A stretch of DNA of 64,000 nt from an uncultured Ignavibacteria bacterium (GTDB lineage Bacteria > Zixibacteria > MSB-5A5 > CAIYYT01), in the NCBI GenBank assembly GCA_964370935.1, contig CAYJKI010000010.1, positions 4,420 through 68,419 on the forward strand, given 5' to 3'. The translations under genes and the position numbers were made by a program. The notes under the pieces are model-generated. The model was not told the origin of the DNA and did no database searches. It worked only from the letters and a program-made list of their open reading frames with translations. The number at the start of each line of letters is the position of its first letter. Position 1 is the stretch's first letter. Below, piece after piece: positions 29,134 through 37,036 of this stretch.

Positions 29134-30873
29134 ATGCCGTTTAATTCAAAAGATTCCAAAGGACTGGAACGAACCGACAAGTTTATCATTCCGGTAAGCG
29201 AAGAAGTCGATAGCGAAGACGCGTTGTCGAGTTTCGAAGACTTGTTGGAGAGTGGGGCCAGTTCAATTGCGGCAATTCACGCCGCCCGACCGCATCTGGA
29301 ACCGGCGAAAGCGAATTCGACGGAAATCAACAATTACAAGACACTGCTTGAGATTGCAGCGTTTGTCAACAGTTCACTGGTGACGGATCAGATTCTTCAG
29401 AATGTGATGAAACGCGCGATTGAGTTATTGAAGGCAGAACGCGGATTCCTGATGCTGCTGGACGAAAACAACAAGCTTCAATTCCGCACAGTCTATAATC
29501 TTTGCAAAGAAGAACTCATGCAGGAGGACTTCAAGTATTCCGGCACGGTCGCCAATCGCGTCGCGGCGTCCGGTGTTCCCGAATATACCTCGGATGCCCA
29601 GAATGATGAGAGGTTTTCCAAGCAGGAGTCGATCCGCAGCTTGAATTTGCGCTCGATCGTCTGTGTGCCTTTGAAGATTCAGGAAAAAGTCATTGGTGTC
29701 ATATATCTCGACAGTTCCAGTGAAGGCCGTCTCTTTTTTGAAAGCGACCTTTACCTTTTCGAGTTATTCGCGACCCAGGCGGCAATTGCCATCAACAACT
29801 CGCGGCTGTATGAGCGTATCCTGCGGCTCAAGCGGTTCAATGAAAACATCGTGACCAATACTCCGGTCGGACTAGTCGTGGTCAATGGCGAGTTCAGCGT
29901 CATTACCATGAATGCATCAGCCGAACGGATATTCAAGAAGAGCGGTCAAGTCGGAGCTTCCTTTGCCTCGTTGTTCGAAAACAACAACGTCGAACGCTGG
30001 GAGCAGAGCCTGAAGAACGTGCTTGCAACCGGCGTGGCGGAGAATCTGCCGCGTTGTTATCTCACGTTTGGCGACGAAGAGAAAGTCGTGTCGTCAAAGA
30101 TATCGCCGCTTGAAGATGCCGACCAACATGGCCGCGGACTGATTGTCGTGCTTGAAGACATTACCGAAAAGACGATCCTGGAAAACTATGTGACGATATC
30201 GGAGAAGCTCATCGCCAAGGGAGAAATGGCGGCTTCGATCGGGCACGAACTGAACAACTTCCTGGCAATCATTTCGAACAATGCCGAACTACTGCAAATT
30301 CGCGTTAAGAAGAATGAGTACGACAAACTCGATAAGTCAGTGCAGGCGATTTTGGATAATATCAGCAAGATCAAACGCTTCACCGACAACCTGATGGATC
30401 TCTCGAAACTTGACCAGGAACTGGTCAATTACAATATTAATCACTTGATCGACGATCTGCTGTTCAACATCAAGTCGCAGCAGCGCTTCAAAAAGGTCGG
30501 CTTCGTAGTGCGGATGAGCCCCGAGATTCCGGATCTGGAAATTGATGTCGGCCAGATTCAACAGGTATTCTTAAATCTGCTGTACAATGCGGCAGACGCA
30601 TTGGAAGGATGTTCTGGTAAGAGCGAGATTCTGCTGACAACACGCCGTGAAGGTGAAAAAGTTGTGGCGACAGTTCGCGATTCCGGCTCCGGCATACCGG
30701 CAGAGCATCTTGAGAAAATCTTTGAACCGCATTTCTCAACCAAACCGCACGGGCACGGGCTGGGCCTGTCGAACTGCAAACGCATCATCGAGAATCACGG
30801 CGGAGAGATTTCAGTCCAGAGCAGATCGGGAGAGTACACTGAATTTAAGATCATACTGCCGATAAAGCGATAG
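29134..30873 (+). CDS. Cytoplasmic GAF-PAS sensor histidine kinase
   Basis: GAF (SIVCVPL...GVIYLDS), PAS (NTPVGLVVV), H-box [43 protein letters not shown]. Confidence 0.93.
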   Translation: MPFNSKDSKGLERTDKFIIPVSEEVDSEDALSSFEDLLESGASSIAAIHAARPHLEPAKANSTEINNYKTLLEIAAFVNSSLVTDQILQNVMKRAIELLKAERGFLMLLDENNKLQFRTVYNLCKEELMQEDFKYSGTVANRVAASGVPEYTSDAQNDERFSKQESIRSLNLRSIVCVPLKIQEKVIGVIYLDSSSEGRLFFESDLYLFELFATQAAIAINNSRLYERILRLKRFNENIVTNTPVGLVVVNGEFSVITMNASAERIFKKSGQVGASFASLFENNNVERWEQSLKNVLATGVAENLPRCYLTFGDEEKVVSSKISPLEDADQHGRGLIVVLEDITEKTILENYVTISEKLIAKGEMAASIGHELNNFLAIISNNAELLQIRVKKNEYDKLDKSVQAILDNISKIKRFTDNLMDLSKLDQELVNYNINHLIDDLLFNIKSQQRFKKVGFVVRMSPEIPDLEIDVGQIQQVFLNLLYNAADALEGCSGKSEILLTTRREGEKVVATVRDSGSGIPAEHLEKIFEPHFSTKPHGHGLGLSNCKRIIENHGGEISVQSRSGEYTEFKIILPIKR

Positions 30874-30882
30874 TACGCCGAT

Positions 30883-33800
30883 ATGGAGCCCAGGTTTCCC
30901 GCATCGTCACTCCTCGACGGGGCGCAACGTATCGGAGCCGGCGGATGCGGAGAGGTCTTTTTCGCCAGTCACGCCAGGTGGGGCAAAGTTGCAGTAAAAG
31001 TAGCCTTCAGTCCGGATGAGGAAACGCGACGTCTTTTTCTGGCGGAGTACTCACGTCTGCGCAGTTTTCGCCACCGAGCCATTCTCAAAGCCCACGATCT
31101 TTTCTTTCTTGATGACCAGCGCCCGGCAATAGTCATGCAATTATGCGACGGCGGTGACTTGTATCAGTCGACTGATCCGCTGCCGGTACGCGAACGATTT
31201 CGCTGTCTCGGCCAGGTGCTGTCGGCGATCCAGTATCTGCATTTGCTTGGCCTTATCCATCGAGATCTCAAGGGGGAGAATGTACTAATCAGCACGAGCA
31301 CCGGCGCGCAGCTTTCTGATTTGGGATTAGCGGCTGCAAAGAGCGACGACAGCCGCGAGCGAGGGGGTACGCTTGAGTATATGGCGCCAGAGGTGATCGC
31401 GAACAAAGGTGCAACAATCGAATCCGATATCTACTCGTTGGGAATCATGCTCTATCGGCTTGCGACCGGGACCTTGCCATTTGAGTCATCCGATCCGGTG
31501 CAGGTCATTTCGCGGAAACAACAGCCGGATGCACTGCCACTGGATTCGTTGGCGACTTTGGTGTCACCGCGTTTTGCGAAGTTGGTCCGTCAATGTATTG
31601 ACCCTGACCCTGCCGAGCGCCCGAAGAGCGCGAAGGATGTCGCAGAGCAACTAATAATTGACAAGCTAGTCAATTCGTCAGATTTTGGCGAGCACAAGTT
31701 CGCCGATCTCTTTCATCATTACATCTTCAGTTATAATGCCGGTTTCTGTAAGCAGGAATTGAAGTCTCCATCCAATCATCTTGAGATTTCGCACGAATAT
31801 CAGGACGAAGCGGGAGAACTACGCGAATCAGTTTCGGACTTTCTCAAGCAAAGTGGTTTCGTAGTACTGGAATCGGCCGAAGGACTGCAGTTCTCTCGAG
31901 AGGGAGAACCCAATCCGGGGACGGTACTTCTAACTCCGCAGTTGAATGATGGGCGACAGATCCGTTACGCCGAGTTAGATCGTTTCGCCTTTGACGCGAT
32001 ACTCGGCAAAATCATTACCAGAGAAATCGACACTTCGACAGCAGATTTAATCTACGGACTTTCGTCGGGCAACCTGGCATTGGTGACTATACTGTTGAAT
32101 CAACTTGAACAAGAGAATCGATTCGACGTCAGCAGCGGTAAGCTCAAGTTGTCGCCATTGGAGCGGTCACATTTCCAACCCGCAGATTCTTACTTTCAAC
32201 TTGCTGCGAAGTTGTTACCGCAACTGCCGCCGCAATTGGTCGAGGTTGCCGGATTCCTGGCAGCCGACACCGGCGAGTTTCCAATACCGGAACTTCTGGC
32301 GATGGGTCGCCTGTCGCAGACAGAGTTTGATGACCTGGTTACAAGCGGGTTGCTGCAGGCTCAAACCGGGTCATTCGCTCGCGGTTACTATCGGAGTTGC
32401 CTATATCACTCGCTAGACCGTTCAACTGTACAGCGTTATCACTTTGGCTGGACCAAGGTCATCGACGAAACTGACGAGCTGCCGCCTGCAACGCGCGAAA
32501 GGCTTTTGCTCCATCACCACTATCGGGCAGGGGCGACCCGAGAAGCAATTGAGGCGGCCATGAGGCTGGCGGATCTTCGGCAGGATGAACAGAACTTAGA
32601 GGAGGCCGCCTCGGTGCTGGACTTCGCCTGCAGTATGGAGGGCAACCGCGCAGATTTGCGTTTGTATGTGACGATGCTAATGAAGCAGGCCGATTTGCTG
32701 AACAAGCTCGGCGACTTCACTGCTGCGTTGTCAGCCTACTCGCGTGTGGTCAGATTTGGACGCCGCATCGATTTCACCGAGATGGTGGCGGCGGCCTACA
32801 AGCGACTTGGCGATGTCTACAAAGGTAAGCGGGATTACCGGCGCGGCAATCGGGCTCTGGACCGGGCGGTGAAGTTCTACGGTGAAAAAGGCAACGAGCT
32901 GGAGCTTTCGCACTGCTATAACAATATTGGCAATATCTGTTGGATCAACGGCGACCTCGTCAATGCAGCGACTAACTATGAGAAGGCATTGACAATTCAA
33001 CGAGAACTGGGTGTCATGCGCGACATCGCTTCGACATTGAGTAATCTGGGTTCGATTCGCTGCATCCTGCATGGATATGATAATGGTATACCGCTATTCA
33101 AAGAGTCGATCGAGATCAAGAAGAAGCTCAATGATCTTCCGGAATTGGCGCGCACCTATAATAATCTGGCGGTAGCTTACTTCGAGTTGGATGAACTTGC
33201 CACTGCGCATGAGTACTTGAAACAGTCATTTGAGATCAATCAGAAGATCGGGGCAAATTCAGAATTGCACTACAACTACGATAATTTCCACGAAATTGAG
33301 ATTCGCCGCGGCAACTACAGCAAGGCGCGGGAGTGGTTGATTGAGGGGCTCAAGAATTCGGCGCGTGAGGCGCATTCCGCTCGCGGCGGTTTTATTACAT
33401 CGTTAGCCGCACTCTCGATTCTCGAAGGCCGTTATTCCAAGGCGGGGGCATTACTTGCCGCAGCGCGGGCGCGAGAAGAGAAGGTTACGGATCGCCAATT
33501 TTCGATGAGACTAGCGGCCACGTACGCTGACTACTTCTATTGTCTGCAGGATTATGGGCATGCGTATGACTATATCCAAACCGCCATCGAGTACGCGCAG
33601 AAAATCGGTGAAACCAAAGGCAATGCCATTTTCCTGATCAGGCGGGCGCGAATCGAACGCGCCATCTCTCGTCCATTGGCGGAAGTTCAGGCAACGCTGG
33701 ATGAAGCGGAGCGCTTTCTGGCGCCGCTTCCCGGCAAGCGTGAAAAGCACGAGTTGATTCTCGACCGGGCCGAACTAGCTTTAGTGACGGGCGATATTCG

Positions 33801-34194
33801 TGGAGCCGAGAACCGCCTGGCGCAGGCCATCGACTATCCAGAATTTGACGGTATTGTGACTTTCCGGGCGAGGTTATACTTGATCCGCGGACAATTTGAA
33901 ATGCAGCGGGAGAATTACGGACGGGCAATTCCGTTGCTCAATGACGCCGTTCTGGCAGCCAAATCTTCGCGAATGATGGAGATGTTGTGGTTTGGCCTTT
34001 TGGCGCTGGGAGACTGTCAACGTCAGCAGAGTCAGTTGGAGCAGTCGCTGAAGTCGTACATTGAGGCCTTCAATACCGTGAAGCAGCTTGCTGGAGAAAT
34101 CACCGACAAGCGCCTGCGGAAACTTTACCTGTCGGACAGACGCAAAGCACTGTTGGGAAAACGTCTCGAGGAGATGTCGTCACTGGTTGCCTAA
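30883..34194 (+). CDS. Hanks-type Ser/Thr kinase fused to a long TPR array
   Basis: IGAGGCGEV, VAVK, HRDLKGEN, SDLG, GTLEYMAPE, SDIYSLG; TPRs such as YNNIGNI, LSNLGSI, YNNLAVAY. Confidence 0.9.
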   Translation: MEPRFPASSLLDGAQRIGAGGCGEVFFASHARWGKVAVKVAFSPDEETRRLFLAEYSRLRSFRHRAILKAHDLFFLDDQRPAIVMQLCDGGDLYQSTDPLPVRERFRCLGQVLSAIQYLHLLGLIHRDLKGENVLISTSTGAQLSDLGLAAAKSDDSRERGGTLEYMAPEVIANKGATIESDIYSLGIMLYRLATGTLPFESSDPVQVISRKQQPDALPLDSLATLVSPRFAKLVRQCIDPDPAERPKSAKDVAEQLIIDKLVNSSDFGEHKFADLFHHYIFSYNAGFCKQELKSPSNHLEISHEYQDEAGELRESVSDFLKQSGFVVLESAEGLQFSREGEPNPGTVLLTPQLNDGRQIRYAELDRFAFDAILGKIITREIDTSTADLIYGLSSGNLALVTILLNQLEQENRFDVSSGKLKLSPLERSHFQPADSYFQLAAKLLPQLPPQLVEVAGFLAADTGEFPIPELLAMGRLSQTEFDDLVTSGLLQAQTGSFARGYYRSCLYHSLDRSTVQRYHFGWTKVIDETDELPPATRERLLLHHHYRAGATREAIEAAMRLADLRQDEQNLEEAASVLDFACSMEGNRADLRLYVTMLMKQADLLNKLGDFTAALSAYSRVVRFGRRIDFTEMVAAAYKRLGDVYKGKRDYRRGNRALDRAVKFYGEKGNELELSHCYNNIGNICWINGDLVNAATNYEKALTIQRELGVMRDIASTLSNLGSIRCILHGYDNGIPLFKESIEIKKKLNDLPELARTYNNLAVAYFELDELATAHEYLKQSFEINQKIGANSELHYNYDNFHEIEIRRGNYSKAREWLIEGLKNSAREAHSARGGFITSLAALSILEGRYSKAGALLAAARAREEKVTDRQFSMRLAATYADYFYCLQDYGHAYDYIQTAIEYAQKIGETKGNAIFLIRRARIERAISRPLAEVQATLDEAERFLAPLPGKREKHELILDRAELALVTGDIRGAENRLAQAIDYPEFDGIVTFRARLYLIRGQFEMQRENYGRAIPLLNDAVLAAKSSRMMEMLWFGLLALGDCQRQQSQLEQSLKSYIEAFNTVKQLAGEITDKRLRKLYLSDRRKALLGKRLEEMSSLVA

Positions 34195-34224
34195 AAAGCA
34201 GAAGGACCGCGTTGCGGCGGTCCT
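34193..34224 (-). terminator. Intrinsic terminator after the 23-aa peptide gene (may also serve the convergent kinase gene)
   Basis: Minus strand AGGACCGC-CGCAAC-GCGGTCCT followed by TCTGCTTTTT. Confidence 0.75.
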
Positions 34225-34250
34225 CCATGCAAACCGGTTAAGAGGTCGAG

Positions 34251-34322
34251 TTATTGACCACCCTGGCTGAAACCTGCTGGGGCGACTTTCTCCTCGAGCA
34301 CTTCGATGATGAGATTATACAT
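34251..34322 (-). CDS. 23-aa RiPP-like precursor/signalling peptide MYNLIIEVLEEKVAPAGFSQGGQ (not in the ORF track)
   Basis: AGGAGGAGGTG Shine-Dalgarno just upstream of ATG 34322; TAA at 34253-34251; own terminator; IExLEExxAP leader-like motif; lies next to an RRE-peptidase gene. Confidence 0.85.
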   Translation of the reverse strand: MYNLIIEVLEEKVAPAGFSQGGQ

Positions 34323-34652
34323 AGCGTCACCTCCTCCTATGAAGTTAAGGTAACCGGTTACCACGACACCGGCAACGCCGGTGACCTTCTATCAGTTAAG
34401 CCGACAACATCGGCTAACATTTCTGCCGTGACCCAAAAACCTACATCCGTGTAGTGTTCAACTTTTATCTCATCAATAGCTTTAAGTTAACTGTTAAAGT
34501 ATACGTTCAAAGTCCATATAAGTCAAATTAATTTTGGACAGGATTGGCTATTTCTTGGGTGCAAACTTGCACCAGGACAAACTCTGATACTATATGTAGT
34601 GTGCCAGTTCGAGGTTCCTCCACGAGATATTGTGTCTGCTGACAGATTTTGT

Positions 34653-36908
34653 CTAAAACCAGGACCAAAACTCGAGACGGAAGAATCGGGTGACTTTTCG
34701 CAAGGACAAACCCGCAAGTGAGACTTTGCCGCAGTCAACCTTGGCATACCCCGTCATTTCGGGCAAGAGGAAGTTGTTGGCATTAGGGACGGTTGCGACC
34801 GCCATCAAACTCGGAGACAGCTTGAGTTTGATGACTTTGCCGAAATTCTTGATCGAAGGAAAGGCATGGACGCGCAACTGCATGTCCGACCCGGGCGACA
34901 GGATGTCCAGATCAGACTCATCGAGCTTGACTTCGACAACCAGTGAATCGGTGCGAGCCAGATGGAGAATGTCGTTGGGGTTGGATGTTCCGACCATTGT
35001 TCCGGCAAACGGACTCACAATTACCGACGCATTGAGTTGCTCATCCAAGTAGGCGACGCGGGATCGTAGCTTTTCGATTTCGGCGTCGATTTTCTCAACT
35101 TCTTCGGCTTTAGGCGCAGAGCGCAACAGCTTTAGTTCTGATTTGCGCGAGTTCCACACTGACGTTGCGACGTTAAAGGCAGCAGAAGCTCTTTCAAACT
35201 CATCTTCAGAAATCAGCTGCTGTTTGTGAAGTTCCTTGACACGATTGAGTTCTTTGCGTGCGGCCTCGTAGACGGCTTCGGCCTCTTTGATTTCAGACCG
35301 TTTGGTGGCAACGGCTTCGACTTTGGGATCGGAAAGCAGCAGGCGGCGATCGGCCTCGGCCTTCTTGAGATCAGAAGCAGCTTCAGCCAGAAGGCCGCGG
35401 TTAAGAGTCGAGTTAATTACCAGCAGCGTATCTCCGGCGGCAACGGTCTCGCCGACGGAAACGCTGGGGCGAATCTGGGTGACGGCATTATCCGACTGCG
35501 AGAGCTGGAAGAGCTTGGAGATGCTCTCTTCTATGACGCCGCCGCGAAAATAAGAACTTTCGAGCGAGCTGGGTCCGATGCGGGTGACGACAAACGATTC
35601 GGTGGCGATTAAACGCGCTTCACCGCCCGATGTCTGCTCAACCTTGACCAAAATAGCGAGCGCAAGGATAATGACCAGCGCCACGCCATAAAACACGATG
35701 CGCTTTGGCTTCATCCAATCCACTTTCCTTTCACGCCACACTTCCATGATGCGGCTCCCACTCGTTTTAAACAGTCTTTTAAAAATAAGGAATACCAGTG
35801 CCAGGAACAACAGAAATCCAATGCCTGCCCAATGTTCGACAAAGAACTGGCCGCCGCGATAAACGATGAAGATTATCAGCAGGGCCGAGTAGAGCAGAGC
35901 GAAGGCGCCATAGCGGCGATAGATTTTCCGCTCGCGCGCAGAAGGCTTGACCAGGGTATCGTCGAGGCACCCGAAGAAGATCACCTTGGTGCGGGTCCAC
36001 ATATAGGAGAAAGCTTTTTGGCGCAAGTTAGGAATCTGTAGGTAGTCAGCGAGCAGATAGTAGCCGTCCAGCTTGATTGCCGGATTCAGGTTAAATACCA
36101 GGGTGGCGAAGCAAACGGCAGAGGTCCAATAGAAGATGCGGTTGAGCGGGTAGCCTTCCATGGTCATTCGCCAGAGCACTGTGAACAACGCCCAGAGAAA
36201 CAGCTGGAAGAATATTCCGGCGAACATCACGACGAAGCGCTGGCGCTTATTCGGGAAGAGATAGGCATCGGATAGATTGCAGTAGAACGCCGGCTGGAAG
36301 TAGATCAACAGGAATCCCATTTCGTGGACTGCCCCGCCGTAGCGCTTGCAAGCGAATGCGTGAGCATACTCGTGAATTGTGGTGATGATGAAGATTCCGG
36401 CAATAATGGAGACAACGTCAGCCGCCGAAAAGATTGTCATCAGGTTGAACGGAAACTTGCTGATATTGGCGAAGAACACCGCCATGCCGACTACGGTGAA
36501 TATTATGAGCAAAGTCACCGCCGGAGGAGAGAAGAGCCAGCCGATACGCGGATACCAGCGGTTAAGGAATCTGTCGGGATCAAAGGCCTTCAGTTTGATG
36601 AATAGAACCGATTTCCCGCCGTCTTTGCGGGTCGCCTCGACTCCTTCAAGGAATCCCAGTTGGCCGAGTTGTTTAGCGAATTGGGCGATAGCTTCGCCGG
36701 TGATCGTGGTGTTGAAAGTACGAACGAAGTCTTCTGCGGCGTCGTCCGGTGTACGGGTGCCGTCGAGTAGATTGACAAGGTAGTATTCCGGTTCGCGCAG
36801 GCGGATGAACTTGCCGGTATCGGGCGACTTGACAGTGTAGTAGTCGACGCCTTCGACTTTCTCTACCTGAACTTGGAGATCAGTTCTGCGTTTCGGGTAT
36901 TCGCTCAT
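34653..36908 (-). CDS. PqqD/RRE domain - M50 (site-2-like) intramembrane zinc peptidase - HlyD-type periplasmic adaptor fusion
   Basis: N-terminal 3-strand/3-helix RRE pattern (YYTVKSPDTGKFIRLREPEYYLVNLLDGTRT...QLGQLGFLE); HEYAH; FNLNPAIKLDGYY; many TMs; VGETVAAGDTLL lipoyl-like half, coiled coil, IVSPFAGTM. Confidence 0.88.
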   Translation of the reverse strand: MSEYPKRRTDLQVQVEKVEGVDYYTVKSPDTGKFIRLREPEYYLVNLLDGTRTPDDAAEDFVRTFNTTITGEAIAQFAKQLGQLGFLEGVEATRKDGGKSVLFIKLKAFDPDRFLNRWYPRIGWLFSPPAVTLLIIFTVVGMAVFFANISKFPFNLMTIFSAADVVSIIAGIFIITTIHEYAHAFACKRYGGAVHEMGFLLIYFQPAFYCNLSDAYLFPNKRQRFVVMFAGIFFQLFLWALFTVLWRMTMEGYPLNRIFYWTSAVCFATLVFNLNPAIKLDGYYLLADYLQIPNLRQKAFSYMWTRTKVIFFGCLDDTLVKPSARERKIYRRYGAFALLYSALLIIFIVYRGGQFFVEHWAGIGFLLFLALVFLIFKRLFKTSGSRIMEVWRERKVDWMKPKRIVFYGVALVIILALAILVKVEQTSGGEARLIATESFVVTRIGPSSLESSYFRGGVIEESISKLFQLSQSDNAVTQIRPSVSVGETVAAGDTLLVINSTLNRGLLAEAASDLKKAEADRRLLLSDPKVEAVATKRSEIKEAEAVYEAARKELNRVKELHKQQLISEDEFERASAAFNVATSVWNSRKSELKLLRSAPKAEEVEKIDAEIEKLRSRVAYLDEQLNASVIVSPFAGTMVGTSNPNDILHLARTDSLVVEVKLDESDLDILSPGSDMQLRVHAFPSIKNFGKVIKLKLSPSLMAVATVPNANNFLLPEMTGYAKVDCGKVSLAGLSLRKVTRFFRLEFWSWF

Positions 36909-36955
36909 GCGGGAGCAATATTGGAATCGTGAAGACTAAGTGCAAGCGCAATGCT

Positions 36956-36980
36956 AAAAGGGCAAGCTTGCGCTTGCCCT
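36956..36980 (-). terminator. Intrinsic terminator after the vWA gene
   Basis: Minus strand AGGGCAAGC-GCAA-GCTTGCCCT followed by TTT. Confidence 0.7.
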
Positions 36981-37036
36981 CATTGTCTGCCCCTTTGTTC
37001 ACCGCTGGAAGGAGCCAGTCATCTCTTAAATACTCA

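Noticed and set aside
34251-34322. Double-glycine bacteriocin or daptide precursor
   Set aside because: GG is followed by a single residue, there is no C39-ABC transporter, and there is no C-terminal Thr or daptide tailoring enzymes
34345-34432. Canonical c-di-GMP-I riboswitch
   Set aside because: Only the 3' end resembles it; the GNRA P2 loop and receptor elements are not seen. Kept as an unknown structured leader
34254-34454. ORF-track calls 34254..34454 (+) and 34088..34270 (+)
   Set aside because: Antisense to the peptide gene, which has the clear SD and terminator
34590-34606. Sigma54 promoter for the peptide gene (TGGCAC on minus strand)
   Set aside because: The -12 position reads ATAT rather than TTGC
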